DNA of 64,000 nucleotides, taken from positions 10,343 through 74,342 of the forward strand of contig VGRO01000003.1 of NCBI GenBank assembly GCA_016875335.1. The letters run 5' to 3'. Below are positions 12,895 through 24,866 of the stretch, in pieces. The notes beneath the pieces were generated by a model. It did no database searches and was not told the DNA's origin. It was given only the letters and a program-made list of their open reading frames with translations. The position numbers were made by a program, and so were the translations under genes. The DNA is from Deltaproteobacteria bacterium. GTDB taxonomy: Bacteria > Myxococcota_A > UBA9042. The first letter of the stretch is position 1, and every line of letters begins with the position of its first letter.

Positions 12895-13296
12895 CTACCA
12901 CACCGTGCACAGCAGCTCGCCGCCCACGTTGAGTTTGCGGGCCTTGGCGCCCGTCATCACGCCCGACGACGTGGACAGGATGGCGATGCCGAGGCCGTTC
13001 TTGACCTTGGGGATGTCAGAAACCTGGACGTATTTGCGCTGGCCCGGGCGCGAGACGCGGCGCAGCCCGCTGATCGCGTTGGACTTGTCCGCGCAATAGC
13101 GCAAGGTCAGCACCAGCTTGTCCTGCGCTTGCTCGCCCACGTCTTCGGCCAACTCGGCGACATACCCTTCCTCGTGCAGGATGCCGGCAATGGCTTTGAC
13201 CGTGTTCGATGCGGGGACCGCCACGCTCGGGTGGCGCGCCAGAATCGCGTTGCGCACGCGGGTCAGGAAATCGGCAATGGGATCACTCGTGGGCAT
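12895..13296 (-). CDS. rpsH: 30S ribosomal protein S8
   Basis: DPIADFLTRVRNA, RVSRPG.R.Y, GLGIAILSTSSGVMT, GGELLC.VW. Confidence 0.98.
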   Translation of the reverse strand: MPTSDPIADFLTRVRNAILARHPSVAVPASNTVKAIAGILHEEGYVAELAEDVGEQAQDKLVLTLRYCADKSNAISGLRRVSRPGQRKYVQVSDIPKVKNGLGIAILSTSSGVMTGAKARKLNVGGELLCTVW

Positions 13297-13392
13297 TTCA
13301 CACCTTCTGGTTCGACGCGGGGGTCGAATGCTTGGGGTCCTCTCCAGCAGCTTGTGGCGGACGCGGCGAGGGCTCGCGGAAGCGGCCGAATC

Positions 13393-13578
13393 TCACCACG
13401 ACGCCTTGGTCACACCCGGCAGTTCGCCGCGCACCGCCAACTGCCGAAAGCAGATGCGGCACAGCCCGAACTTGCGCAGGAAGGCCTTGGGACGGCCGCA
13501 GCGCTGGCAGCGGCTGTGCTGCCGTGTCGAGAATTTTGGCTTGCGCGCGGCGGCGATGATCTTGCTGGTCTTGGCCAT
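13393..13578 (-). CDS. rpsN: 30S ribosomal protein S14, type Z
   Basis: 61 aa, CQRCGRP...[18 protein letters not shown]. Confidence 0.97.
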   Translation of the reverse strand: MAKTSKIIAAARKPKFSTRQHSRCQRCGRPKAFLRKFGLCRICFRQLAVRGELPGVTKASW

Positions 13579-13614
13579 GGTGGTTGTCTCTCGCTGGGTG
13601 GAGCAGTTGTGCGG

Positions 13615-14157
13615 TTACTTGCGGAAGGGCATGCCGAGGGCCGCCAACAGGGCCTTGCTCTGGGCGTCATCCCCGGCGGTGGTGACCATCGTGATGTTCA
13701 TGCCGCGGACCTTGTCGACCTGGTCGTAGTTGATCTCGGGGAAGATGATCTGCTCCTTGAGGCCCATGGTGAAGTTGCCGCGGCCATCGAAGCCCTTGGG
13801 ACTGACGCCACGAAAGTCGCGGACGCGCGGCAAGGCGATCGTCACCAAGCGGTCCAGGAACTCCCACATGCGATCGCGGCGCAAGGTGACCTTGGCGCCG
13901 ATCGCTTGGTTCTCGCGCAGCTTGAAGTTGGCGATCGACTTGCGCGACCGCGTCACGATCGGTTTCTGGCCCGAGAGCATCGTCAGTTGCTCGACCGCCT
14001 TGTCGACGATCTTGGGGTTCTGGGTCGCCTCGCCCAGGCCGAAGTTGATGACGATCTTTTGCAGGCGTGGCACCTGCATGGGATTCGTGAGCCCGAATTC
14101 CGCGGTCAACTTGGCGATGACCTCGGCCTTGTACTTTTGCTGGAGACGCGCTGCCAT
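13615..14157 (-). CDS. rplE: 50S ribosomal protein L5
   Basis: [42 protein letters not shown]. Confidence 0.98.
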   Translation of the reverse strand: MAARLQQKYKAEVIAKLTAEFGLTNPMQVPRLQKIVINFGLGEATQNPKIVDKAVEQLTMLSGQKPIVTRSRKSIANFKLRENQAIGAKVTLRRDRMWEFLDRLVTIALPRVRDFRGVSPKGFDGRGNFTMGLKEQIIFPEINYDQVDKVRGMNITMVTTAGDDAQSKALLAALGMPFRK

Positions 14158-14244
14158 GGACTACCTGCCTCTTTCAGCTTGCTTCCGCTCCAGCCTGCGC
14201 CGCAACCCTTTTGCGGCGACTGACGCGCTGGGCGAACTCCCTTG

Positions 14245-14577
14245 CTAACCGACCGGGTCGAGAACTTCGCCGGTCTTGTGCACCACGCGGACCTTCTTGG
14301 GGCCGTTGGCCGTATCCACGGTTTGGAAGCCGACGCGCACCGGCTTGCCCGTGGTGGGGCTGACCAGCGCGACGTTGCTGATGTGGATCGGGGCCTCGCG
14401 GTCCTGGATGCCGCCCTGCTCGCCTTCGCGGCGCGCCTTGACGTGCTTCTTGACCTTGTTCCAGCCCTCGACGATCACGGCTTCGCCATCGCGAGCCATG
14501 CGCAGCACCTTGCCGCTCTGGCCCTTGTCCTTGCCGGCCAGGATGGCCACCGTGTCGCCCTTGCGAATCTTGCGCAT
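14245..14577 (-). CDS. rplX: 50S ribosomal protein L24
   Basis: [37 protein letters not shown]. Confidence 0.96.
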   Translation of the reverse strand: MRKIRKGDTVAILAGKDKGQSGKVLRMARDGEAVIVEGWNKVKKHVKARREGEQGGIQDREAPIHISNVALVSPTTGKPVRVGFQTVDTANGPKKVRVVHKTGEVLDPVG

Positions 14578-14600
14578 CTGCTGCCTCGCGTTTTTCTGTA

Positions 14601-14636
14601 CTCGCGATTGTCTGCCTGCTCGCGATTGTCTGCCTG
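14601..14636. repeat. perfect 18-bp tandem duplication in the rplN-rplX spacer
   Basis: CTCGCGATTGTCTGCCTG x2, preceded by a degenerate copy starting at 14585. Confidence 0.9.
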
Positions 14637-14686
14637 TTCGCTGTGTCGGTCGTTCAAAGTCGCCCCAAAGGGCGCGCGGGCGACGG

Positions 14687-15055
14687 CTACAGCACCTCTG
14701 GGGCCAGTGACACGATCTTGGTGAACTTCTTGGCGCGCAGTTCGCGCGCCACGGGTCCGAAGATGCGGGTGCCGACCGGTTCCTTCTGGTTGTTGATGAC
14801 GACGGCGGCGTTGCCGTCGAACTTGATGTAGCTGCCGTCCTCGCGGCCCACTTCCTTGGTGGTGCGGACGATGACGGCCTTGACCACATCGCCCTTCTTG
14901 ACCTTGGATTTGGGCAGCGCCTCGCGCACCGAGCAGACGATGATGTCGCCAAGCGACGCGTACTTGCGCTTGCTGCCGCCCAGCACCTTGATGCAGCGCA
15001 GTTGCTTGGCGCCCGAATTGTCCGCGACCGTGAGGTAGGTTTCTTGCTGAATCAT
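14687..15055 (-). CDS. rplN: 50S ribosomal protein L14
   Basis: [17 protein letters not shown]...[28 protein letters not shown]. Confidence 0.98.
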   Translation of the reverse strand: MIQQETYLTVADNSGAKQLRCIKVLGGSKRKYASLGDIIVCSVREALPKSKVKKGDVVKAVIVRTTKEVGREDGSYIKFDGNAAVVINNQKEPVGTRIFGPVARELRAKKFTKIVSLAPEVL

Positions 15056-15200
15056 GGCCGTCTCCTTACCGGTGGCCGAACCGATCGGCCTGCGGTGGCG
15101 AGCCCCGCAAACTGTGCGGGGCAGGGGGGCAGCGACCCGCGGGTCACTGCACCGGTGCACGTTCGACGGCGCCCGCGGACGAGCTGCCGCCGATGGCGGA

Positions 15201-15509
15201 CTAGTCCTCTTTCTTGCGCAACGTGGACTTGTAGACCCAGCGTTTGTGCTTGGACAACGGCCGGCATTCTTCGATGACCACCTGGTCGCCCACTGCGCAC
15301 GCGCCGGCCTCGTCGTGGGCCATGTAGCGCGCGCGGCGGCGCACGTACTTGCGGTACTTGGCGTGCAGGAACACGCGGGTCACGGAGACGACGGCGGTCT
15401 TCTCCATCTTGGTGGACACCACGATGCCAGTCATGCGCCGACGGTGGCGGTCGAGGTGGTTGCCCTGGTCCTGGGCAGCCTCGTTGTGGTTCTCTGCGGT
15501 CTCGGTCAT
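15201..15509 (-). CDS. rpsQ: 30S ribosomal protein S17
   Basis: [41 protein letters not shown]. Confidence 0.96.
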   Translation of the reverse strand: MTETAENHNEAAQDQGNHLDRHRRRMTGIVVSTKMEKTAVVSVTRVFLHAKYRKYVRRRARYMAHDEAGACAVGDQVVIEECRPLSKHKRWVYKSTLRKKED

Positions 15510-15559
15510 GGGATGCTCCCTGTGGTCCGGCGTGCCGGGCGCGCTGCGGTGCGACGCCG

Positions 15560-15760
15560 CTACCCTTGGATGCCCAGTTCGATTTCGCGCAGGCGGGTCG
15601 CCACGCGCGCCAACTCGCGCCGCGTCGTGCGCAGCTTGATCGGGCTCGACAGTTGCTTGGTGTGGTGCTGGAAACGCAGGCGGAACAGCTCGTCGCGCAG
15701 TTCGGACTCGCGCTTCTGCAACTCGGCCTGGGTCAACTCGGCGATGACGGTCTTTTTCAC
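15560..15760 (-). CDS. rpmC: 50S ribosomal protein L29
   Basis: ELT.AEL......[11 protein letters not shown]....QLSSP..LR..RRELARV.T. GTG start overlaps the rplP stop. Confidence 0.93.
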   Translation of the reverse strand: MKKTVIAELTQAELQKRESELRDELFRLRFQHHTKQLSSPIKLRTTRRELARVATRLREIELGIQG

Positions 15761-16173
15761 AGGATTTCTCCCCGGCTGACGACCTTGCACTTGATCGGCA
15801 GCTTGTGGCCGGCGTCCGCCAACGCGCCCATGGCGACTGCGGCGTCGTCGGATTGGATTTCGTACATCATCGTGCCAGGCTGCACGACGGCGACCCAGTG
15901 GTCTGGCGGTCCCTTGCCCTTGCCCATGCGGGTTTCCAGGGGCTTCTTGGTCACTGGCTTTTGCGGGAAGATGCGGATCCAGACCCGCGCATCGCGCTTC
16001 ATTTTGCGGGTCATCGAGATACGCGCGGCCTCGATCTGCCGGCTGGTCAGCCAGCCACACTCCAGCGCCATCAGGCCGAAGTTGCCGAACGACACCTCGC
16101 TGCCGGTGTGGGCGAAGCCGCGGGACTTGCCCTTCATCACTTTGCGCCACTTGACGCGCTTGGGAGCCAGCAT
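15757..16173 (-). CDS. rplP: 50S ribosomal protein L16
   Basis: [40 protein letters not shown]. Confidence 0.98.
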   Translation of the reverse strand: MLAPKRVKWRKVMKGKSRGFAHTGSEVSFGNFGLMALECGWLTSRQIEAARISMTRKMKRDARVWIRIFPQKPVTKKPLETRMGKGKGPPDHWVAVVQPGTMMYEIQSDDAAVAMGALADAGHKLPIKCKVVSRGEIL

Positions 16174-16230
16174 GGCTGAACCTCTCGAATCTGGGCCACC
16201 GCGCCGAAGGGCCGGGGCCGCGTTGGAAAA

Positions 16231-16890
16231 CTACTGGGCGCGCGCCTGAGCGTGCTGTCCGCGTTCGGCAAGGATGTCGCCGTGGTAGATCCAGGTCTTG
16301 ACGCCGATGACACCGTAGGTGGTCCTGGCCAGGGCCTCGCCGTACTGGATGTCGGCGCGCAGCGTATGCAAGGGCACGCGGCCCTCGCGGTACCACTCAT
16401 ACCGTCCCATCTCGGCGCCACCCAGGCGGCCCGAACAGGCGACGCGGATGCCCTTGATGCCGAACTTTTGCGCAGCCTGCATGGCCTTGCGCATGGCGCG
16501 GCGGAACGCGACCCGGCGCTCGAGCTGCGTTGCGATGTTCTCGGCGACCAGTTGCGCGTCGGTTTCGGCGCGGCGCACTTCATGGATGGTCAGCACGATT
16601 TCGCCTTTGGCCAGCTTCTGCAGCTGGGCCTTGAGCTTCTCATGCTCCTTGCCCTTGGGACCGATCAGCACACCGGGGCGCGCCGTGTGCACGCCGACGC
16701 GAATCTGGCGGGCGCGGCGCTCGACATCGACCTTGGCGATGCCGGCGTGGTTCATCTTTTCCTTGATCGTCTTGCGGATCGCCAGATCCTCGTGCAGCCA
16801 AGCCTTGTAGTTCTTCTCTTCGAACCACTTGGAGTTCCAGCTGCGGATGACGCCCAGGCGCAGTCCATTCGGATGGCTTTTTTGTCCCAC
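16231..16890 (-). CDS. rpsC: 30S ribosomal protein S3
   Basis: [43 protein letters not shown]. Confidence 0.98.
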   Translation of the reverse strand: MGQKSHPNGLRLGVIRSWNSKWFEEKNYKAWLHEDLAIRKTIKEKMNHAGIAKVDVERRARQIRVGVHTARPGVLIGPKGKEHEKLKAQLQKLAKGEIVLTIHEVRRAETDAQLVAENIATQLERRVAFRRAMRKAMQAAQKFGIKGIRVACSGRLGGAEMGRYEWYREGRVPLHTLRADIQYGEALARTTYGVIGVKTWIYHGDILAERGQHAQARAQ

Positions 16891-16939
16891 GGTTGCCTCT
16901 CTTGGTCGCTTGCAAATTCGGTGGCGCGCGCGCAGCGGC

Positions 16940-17350
16940 CTACAGCGCCACGCCCAGTTGCAGGGTCACGTGGCTGGTCTTCTTGAGGATGCGCGTCGCG
17001 CGACCTTGGGCCCGCGGCGTCCAGCGCTTCATGGTCTCTGCCTGGTCGACGAAGATGGTCTCGACGTACAAGTCGTCGACATCGACCCCGCCTACGAACC
17101 GCGCATTGGCGACGGCGCTGAACAGCAGCTTGCGCAGCGGTTCGGCCGCGAGCTTGGGCGTGAACTGCAACAGGTCCAGCGCCTCTTGAACGCCCTTGCC
17201 GCGAATGCGGTCCGCCACGACCCGCACCTTGCGGGGAGCAATGTGCAGACCCTTGAGCTTGACGGCGGCCAGAGGCGCTGTGCCGTCGATCTGCACGTCG
17301 CCGACATCGGCAGCGGCCTGCTGGTCTTCGTTCTGCTGGGTGTCGTCCAT
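16940..17350 (-). CDS. rplV: 50S ribosomal protein L22 with acidic N-terminal extension
   Basis: [40 protein letters not shown]. Confidence 0.96.
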   Translation of the reverse strand: MDDTQQNEDQQAAADVGDVQIDGTAPLAAVKLKGLHIAPRKVRVVADRIRGKGVQEALDLLQFTPKLAAEPLRKLLFSAVANARFVGGVDVDDLYVETIFVDQAETMKRWTPRAQGRATRILKKTSHVTLQLGVAL

Positions 17351-17408
17351 GACTGTCTCCCGATGGCCGCCCCGAGGCGGCGCGCGGTGTGCCGAGGTGC
17401 GGCGCCGC

Positions 17409-17687
17409 CTACTTCTTCTTGACCTTCTTGTCTGCGCTGTGACCAAAGAAGGTGCGGGTCGGGGCGAACTCGCCCATCTTGTGACCCACCATGTTCTCGG
17501 TCACGAACACCGGCACGAACTTCTTGCCGTTGTGCACCATGAAGTTCAGACCGACGAAATCGGGGTAGATGGTCGAGCGCCGCGACCAGGTCTTGATCGG
17601 CCGCTTGTTGTTGGTGCGGTTGGCGTCCTCGACTTTGGCCTTGAGGTGGCCGTCGACGAACGGGCTTTTCTTGACGGAACGGGGCAT
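17409..17687 (-). CDS. rpsS: 30S ribosomal protein S19
   Basis: [35 protein letters not shown]. Confidence 0.98.
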   Translation of the reverse strand: MPRSVKKSPFVDGHLKAKVEDANRTNNKRPIKTWSRRSTIYPDFVGLNFMVHNGKKFVPVFVTENMVGHKMGEFAPTRTFFGHSADKKVKKK

Positions 17688-17720
17688 GGTGGACCTCGGT
17701 ACGGTAGCGTCTGGCGGCGA

Positions 17721-18554
17721 TTAGCGCGCGCCCTTGGGCCGGCGGGCGACGATGAGGTGGTTCGTGCGCTTGTTCTTGCGCGTCTTGGGGCCCTTGGTCT
17801 TCCAGCCCCACGGCGAGGTCGGGTGGCGACCACCCGAGGTGCGGCCTTCGCCGCCGCCGAGCGGGTGATCGACCGGGTTCATCGCGACGCCGCGCACGCA
17901 CGGCCGGATGCCCAACCAGCGCGAGCGACCGGCCTTGCCCAGGCTGATCTTGTCATGGTCGACGTTGCTGGTCTGTCCGATGGTCGCCTTGCAGTCCTTG
18001 GTGACCTTGCGAAGTTCGCCGGACGGAAGACGCAGCAAAGCGTGTTTGCCTTCCTTGGCCATCAACTGTGCAGCGGTGCCCGCGGCGCGGCAGACCTGAC
18101 CGCCCTTGCCGGCCTGCAGTTCGACGTTGTGGACCATCGTGCCGACGGGAATCGCCTCAAGCGGCAGCGTGTTGCCGGGCTTGATGTCGGCGTTCCTGCT
18201 GGCGATGACCGCGTCGCCGACCTTGAGGCCAACCGGCGCGAGGATGTAGCGCTTCTCGCCGTCCGCATAGTTCAGCAGCGCGATACGCGCCGAGCGGTTG
18301 GGGTCGAACTCGATGGTTGCAACCTTGGCCGGCACTGCGACCTTGTCGCGCTTGAAGTCGATGATGCGGTAGTGGCGCTTGTGGCCGCCGCCGCGCTGCC
18401 ATACGGTGATGCGGCCATTGTTGGTGCGACCCTTGGGGCCGTGCAGCGGGGCGAGCAGCGGGCCGTGCGCCTCGCTGGTCGTGACGTCGCTGAAATCGTC
18501 GAGCCGGAGCTGGCGGGTGCCGGCGGAGACGGGTCGATACGACTTGATGCCCAT
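17721..18554 (-). CDS. rplB: 50S ribosomal protein L2
   Basis: [43 protein letters not shown]. Confidence 0.98.
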   Translation of the reverse strand: MGIKSYRPVSAGTRQLRLDDFSDVTTSEAHGPLLAPLHGPKGRTNNGRITVWQRGGGHKRHYRIIDFKRDKVAVPAKVATIEFDPNRSARIALLNYADGEKRYILAPVGLKVGDAVIASRNADIKPGNTLPLEAIPVGTMVHNVELQAGKGGQVCRAAGTAAQLMAKEGKHALLRLPSGELRKVTKDCKATIGQTSNVDHDKISLGKAGRSRWLGIRPCVRGVAMNPVDHPLGGGEGRTSGGRHPTSPWGWKTKGPKTRKNKRTNHLIVARRPKGAR

Positions 18555-18662
18555 GGTCTGCCTCTCGGTGTGCCAAAGCGGCCGTGGCCTATTGCCAGCG
18601 GCGGTTTACCGTTCGTGTGGCACACGCCCCGGGGTTGGGGAGCGCGCGCCGGGTGTGGCCGA

Positions 18663-18953
18663 CTAGGCCACGAAGTAGTCGATGACTTGGCCCTCGGCCA
18701 GCTTGACGAAAGCCTTCTTGGTCTGCGCGCGATTGCCGACGAACTTGCCGACTCGGCGCTGCTTGCCCTGCAACTGCATGGTGCGCACGCCTACGACCGT
18801 CACGCCGAAAAGCGCCTCGACCGCTGCCCTGATTTGCTTCTTGTTCGCGTCGCGGTGGACCTGGAACGCGTACGCGTTGTCGGTGTTGCTCACCGTCGTG
18901 TTCTTTTCGCCGGACAGCGGCTTTTCCAGGATTTGGGTCAGGTGCAGGGCCAT
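18663..18953 (-). CDS. rplW: 50S ribosomal protein L23
   Basis: ANKKQIR.AVE.LFGV.V..V.T, GK.RR, KKAFVKL. Confidence 0.96.
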   Translation of the reverse strand: MALHLTQILEKPLSGEKNTTVSNTDNAYAFQVHRDANKKQIRAAVEALFGVTVVGVRTMQLQGKQRRVGKFVGNRAQTKKAFVKLAEGQVIDYFVA

Positions 18954-18993
18954 GGCTTCCTCGTTGCTGCGATGTGCGGTGGCGTGATTGGGC

Positions 18994-19614
18994 CTAGCCC
19001 AAGCGCTCTTCCAGGGCCTTGGCGGCGTCGACGCTCAACACCAGCCGGTCGTATTTGAGGACGTCGAACACGTTGACGCCCTCGGCGCGAATGTACTTGG
19101 CTGTCGGCAAATTGCGGATCGACAGGTGCAGATGCGACTCTTCGTGGCGCGTGACCACCAGCGCGTTTGAGGCGCCCAGGCGGGCCAGCGTGGCCGCCGC
19201 TTCCTTGGTCTTGGGGGCGCCCATGCCGAACGCGTCGACCACGACCAACTCGCCGTTGGCGTAGCGCAGCGACAGGGCCGACCTGAGCGCGGCGCGCCGC
19301 ACCTTCTTGGGTGTGCTGTAACTGTAGTCGCGCGGGTGCGGGCCATGCGCGATGCCGCCGTGGACGAAGATCGGCGACTTGCGCGACCCGTGGCGTGCGT
19401 TGCCCGACCCCTTCTGCTTGTACGTCTTGCGGGTGGTGCCGTGCACGGTGGTGCGCGTCTTGGTCGAATGCGTACCCTGGCGGCGGTTGGCCAATTGGTT
19501 GCGCACGACCTCCCAGTGCAGGAAGGGCTTGACCTCGGCCGCAAACACATCGTCGGACAGCTCGATTTCGCCGACCACCTGGGCTTGGGTATTGAGGACG
19601 TTCATCGTTGGCAT
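18994..19614 (-). CDS. rplD: 50S ribosomal protein L4
   Basis: [39 protein letters not shown]. Confidence 0.97.
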   Translation of the reverse strand: MPTMNVLNTQAQVVGEIELSDDVFAAEVKPFLHWEVVRNQLANRRQGTHSTKTRTTVHGTTRKTYKQKGSGNARHGSRKSPIFVHGGIAHGPHPRDYSYSTPKKVRRAALRSALSLRYANGELVVVDAFGMGAPKTKEAAATLARLGASNALVVTRHEESHLHLSIRNLPTAKYIRAEGVNVFDVLKYDRLVLSVDAAKALEERLG

Positions 19615-19675
19615 GGCTGCCTCTCGGTCTGCTGGCGACGCGGCGGTGGCGTCGGGTTCCTGGTGCGGGCGCGGA

Positions 19676-19984
19676 TCAGGTCTTGATTTCGACCGCCACG
19701 CCGGCGGCCAGATCGAGCTTCATCAGCGCGTCGAGCGTCTGCTGGGTCGGGTCCAGGATGTCGATGAGGCGCTTGTGCGTGCGCACCTCGAACTGCTCGC
19801 GGCTCTTCTTGTCGACGTGCGGGGACCGCAACACCGTGTAGCTGTTGATGCGCGTGGGCAGCGGGATGGGACCCGCGACGCGGGCGCCCGTGGTGCGCAC
19901 GGTGTTGATGATTTCGCTGACCGACTGGTCGAGCAGCTTGAAATCGTAGGCCTTGAGGCGGATGCGAATGCGTTGGCCGGCCAT
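19676..19984 (-). CDS. rpsJ: 30S ribosomal protein S10
   Basis: [40 protein letters not shown]. Confidence 0.98.
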   Translation of the reverse strand: MAGQRIRIRLKAYDFKLLDQSVSEIINTVRTTGARVAGPIPLPTRINSYTVLRSPHVDKKSREQFEVRTHKRLIDILDPTQQTLDALMKLDLAAGVAVEIKT

Positions 19985-20014
19985 GGTGGAACCTCCGAGG
20001 CGAAACGCCTGGTA

Positions 20015-22102
<2,088 letters not shown>

Positions 22103-22198
22103 GATGGGCTCTCAGTGCGGCGGTTGCGCGGTTGCCGGCAGGGACCGGCGCTCAAAGGGTGGCGACCGTGGGAAGGGTCGCGCGGCGGAAGGGGTGGG

Positions 22199-22669
22199 CT
22201 ACCAGCGATAGTGGGCGAAGGCCTTGTTGGCCTCAGCCATCCGGTGGACGTCTTCGCGCTTCTTGACCGCGGCGCCGCGGCCCTGCGATGCGTCCAGGAT
22301 TTCGTTGGCCAGTTTCTCGACCATGCCCTTTTCGCCGCGAGCGCGGGCGGCGGCGATGAGCCAACGCATCGACAGCGCGGCGCGGCGTTCGGGGCGGATT
22401 TCGACCGGTACCTGGTAGTTCGAGCCACCGACGCGGCGCGACTTGACTTCGACGGCCGGCCGCACGTTTTCGAGGGCCTGGCGGAAGAGCTTGACCGGTT
22501 CGTCCTTGCCGCGCGCCTCGACGCGTTCGAGGGCCGCGTACAGCAGCGCCTCGGCCGTCGACTTCTTGCCGTCGAGCATCAGACAGTTGGCGAACTTGCC
22601 GACCATCTGATCGCCGTATTTGGGGTCGCGCAGGACGGGGCGGTGGGGTACTTCGCGGCGACGGGGCAT
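22199..22669 (-). CDS. rpsG: 30S ribosomal protein S7
   Basis: MPRRREV..R....[33 protein letters not shown]. Confidence 0.98.
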   Translation of the reverse strand: MPRRREVPHRPVLRDPKYGDQMVGKFANCLMLDGKKSTAEALLYAALERVEARGKDEPVKLFRQALENVRPAVEVKSRRVGGSNYQVPVEIRPERRAALSMRWLIAAARARGEKGMVEKLANEILDASQGRGAAVKKREDVHRMAEANKAFAHYRW

Positions 22670-22720
22670 GGGTTCCTCTCTGGATGGGTGCGGCGGCCCG
22701 CGACCCAGGTGCTGTGCGGG

Positions 22721-23128
22721 CTACTTCTTGCCTTTGCTCGCGGCGGCGGCGGCGCCTTCCTTGGGCCGCTTTGCGCCGTACTTGCTGCGGCTCTTGCGGC
22801 GGTTGGCGACGCCGGTGGTGTCGAGCGAGCCTCGCACGATGTGGTAGCGCACGCCCGGCAGGTCTTTGACGCGACCGCCGCGGATGAGCACGATCGAGTG
22901 TTCCTGCAGGTTGTGGCCGACGCCCGGGATGTACGACGTCACTTCCATGCCGTTGGAGAGGCGCACGCGCGCGACCTTGCGCAGGGCCGAGTTCGGCTTC
23001 TTGGGCGTGGTGGTGTACACGCGGGTGCACACGCCGCGGCGCTGCGGACAGGCGTCGAGCGCAGGCGACTTGGTCTTGCGGTGCTTGGCTGCGCGGCGAT
23101 CACGAACGAGCTGGTTGATCGTGGGCAT
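22721..23128 (-). CDS. rpsL: 30S ribosomal protein S12
   Basis: [50 protein letters not shown]. Confidence 0.98.
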   Translation of the reverse strand: MPTINQLVRDRRAAKHRKTKSPALDACPQRRGVCTRVYTTTPKKPNSALRKVARVRLSNGMEVTSYIPGVGHNLQEHSIVLIRGGRVKDLPGVRYHIVRGSLDTTGVANRRKSRSKYGAKRPKEGAAAAASKGKK

Positions 23129-23134
23129 CTGGGG

Positions 23135-23612
23135 CTGTCTCCGGGGGCGCTGGCGTTTCCCGTTGTCGAACCGTCGGTTGTGGACCCGCCGTCCAGCTGT
23201 GCGCCATACGCGCCATCGCCGGACGATGCGGCTCCATGGTCCTCGCGGCGGGGGCACCGCCGAACGTGGACCAGAGCGGCGTTTGCGACATTGCGCACCC
23301 AAGGGCCCGGTCCCAGCAGAACCAAGCCAAGGGCGACGGCAGTGTGCCGCGTCGCCAGGAGTCACCACTGAATTCGCAGCCTTTCCGCCCTCTGCGGATG
23401 TGGCGTGCGACCGATGGCGCCCATCGTTCCTTCGCGGAGGGCCGGGTCCGTGTAGGCCGCGGCCTCTTGCAGCACCAGGTGATCAATCCGTTGATCGCCC
23501 GCCAGCCGTTGATTCGGCTGATTTTCGTGCTGCGAAGGCTCCTTTCCCGATGGGAGGGCGGGCTGTCGGGCAGCCCGGTTGTCGCGCAAAACCCCGAGGG
23601 GGCCGGCGCGGG
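23135..23612 (-). ncRNA. candidate long structured 5' leader or ncRNA upstream of rpsL
   Basis: About 480 nt between the predicted promoter and rpsL, with many perfect inverted repeats and no credible ORF. No known family recognised. Confidence 0.45.
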
Positions 23613-23618
23613 GGCGAA

Positions 23619-23647
23619 AGTTTACGCCTGCGCGGCCTGGGTGTCAA
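23619..23647 (-). promoter_or_regulatory. putative strong sigma70 promoter of the str/S10 supercluster
   Basis: Minus strand TTGACA-17 bp-TAAACT followed by a GC-rich discriminator-like stretch. Confidence 0.75.
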
Positions 23648-23677
23648 CGGGGTTTTCTGGCCGGGGCGCACTGGATG

Positions 23678-24745
23678 TCATTCGCGCCAGATGAACTTCC
23701 AAGGGTGGCGCTTGAGGTCCTTGAGCAGCAGCTTGAGATCCATGAAGAGCTCGTTGTCCATCAGCAGCCCGCCGACCGTGCCGCGGCCTTTGCGGGCGTT
23801 TTGCGTCACGGCCTGGACATCGTCTACCGCGCGATCGGCTTTCTGAACCGCTCCGTCCATGCGGTCGAGCACGCCCGTCACCTTGCCGACCGCCTTGTCG
23901 CCGAGCAGGACCTCCGCGGTCGGTTGGTCGCGCAGCTTCTCCGACAACCGTCGGACATTCTTGGCGATAGCCTTGGCGTCGACCAGGATCGGATCGGTCG
24001 CCTCGTCCACCCTTGCGCTCACCCGCTCGACGTTGGCCAGGGTGCGCTTGATCTGCTTGCCGTCGCCGACCGAACTCTCGAGGGTGGCCACCAGCTTGTC
24101 GAGCTTGCTGCTGGTCTGGTCGAGGCGATCGAGCAGGCGCTTGACGGTGTCGCGGTTGTCCAGGATCAGTTGATCGGCGTCGTTGACGGCTTTCTTGGCG
24201 TCGAGCACCGCCTGGTCGGCATGGGTCAGGATGTCGCTGATCGTCGTCTCGTTGCGCTCGAGGATGCGCGTGACGGCGCCGGCGACCTTGGACAACTGCT
24301 GTCCCAGGATCTCCATGCGCAGGGGCGGCACGCCGACGACCGCGCTGTCCGTGCGGACGACGGGCCGCTCGAACGAACCTGGGTCGATCTCGATGTATTT
24401 TTCGCCGAGGATACCCTGGGTCGAGATGTAGAACTGCGCGTCGTCGTGGATGGTCTTGCCCTTTTCGGGTTCCAGGTCGATCCACACCCGGACCACGATG
24501 CGCCGGCCACTCTTGGGATCGCGCTTGCCGCCCAGGTACTCGATGGTGGTGACCTTGCCCGCCGACACGCCAGCGAGCTTGACCGGGGCGCCGGGCTTGA
24601 TGTCGCTGGCGGTGTTGTAGTCGATGGCGATCGTGTAACCGCCCGAACCGCGCAGGTCGCCCAACACGATGATGAAGCCGATGAGCAACGTGGCACACAC
24701 GAGCACCAAGGCGCCGACTTTGACCTCGATCGACTTTTCCTTCAC
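23678..24745 (-). CDS. MCE/MlaD family protein with long helical C-terminal region
   Basis: EVKVGALVL N-terminal TM, GAPVKLAGV..GKV..I, STQGILGEKYIEIDPG, C-terminal GTVGGLLMD.ELF...DLKRHPWKF. Confidence 0.9.
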   Translation of the reverse strand: MKEKSIEVKVGALVLVCATLLIGFIIVLGDLRGSGGYTIAIDYNTASDIKPGAPVKLAGVSAGKVTTIEYLGGKRDPKSGRRIVVRVWIDLEPEKGKTIHDDAQFYISTQGILGEKYIEIDPGSFERPVVRTDSAVVGVPPLRMEILGQQLSKVAGAVTRILERNETTISDILTHADQAVLDAKKAVNDADQLILDNRDTVKRLLDRLDQTSSKLDKLVATLESSVGDGKQIKRTLANVERVSARVDEATDPILVDAKAIAKNVRRLSEKLRDQPTAEVLLGDKAVGKVTGVLDRMDGAVQKADRAVDDVQAVTQNARKGRGTVGGLLMDNELFMDLKLLLKDLKRHPWKFIWRE

Positions 24746-24866
24746 GGACCGCCTCTGGCGCCTGGGGCCATGGACCGCGGCATGGTAGGGCAAACGTTGC
24801 GATCCGTCGACCACTGGCCCGACCGCCCGGCAACTGGCCGAGATCGATGGAGTTGGTCGCGCGCCA

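Noticed and set aside
22860-23010. Streptomycin-resistance substitutions in S12
   Set aside because: PKKPNS and RVKDLPG are wild-type.
23362-23589. 75-aa ORF inside the rpsL leader; also RNase P or tmRNA identity for this region
   Set aside because: TTG start lies almost at the predicted TSS with poor codon bias. No GAGGAAAGUCC core or tRNA-like ends are present.
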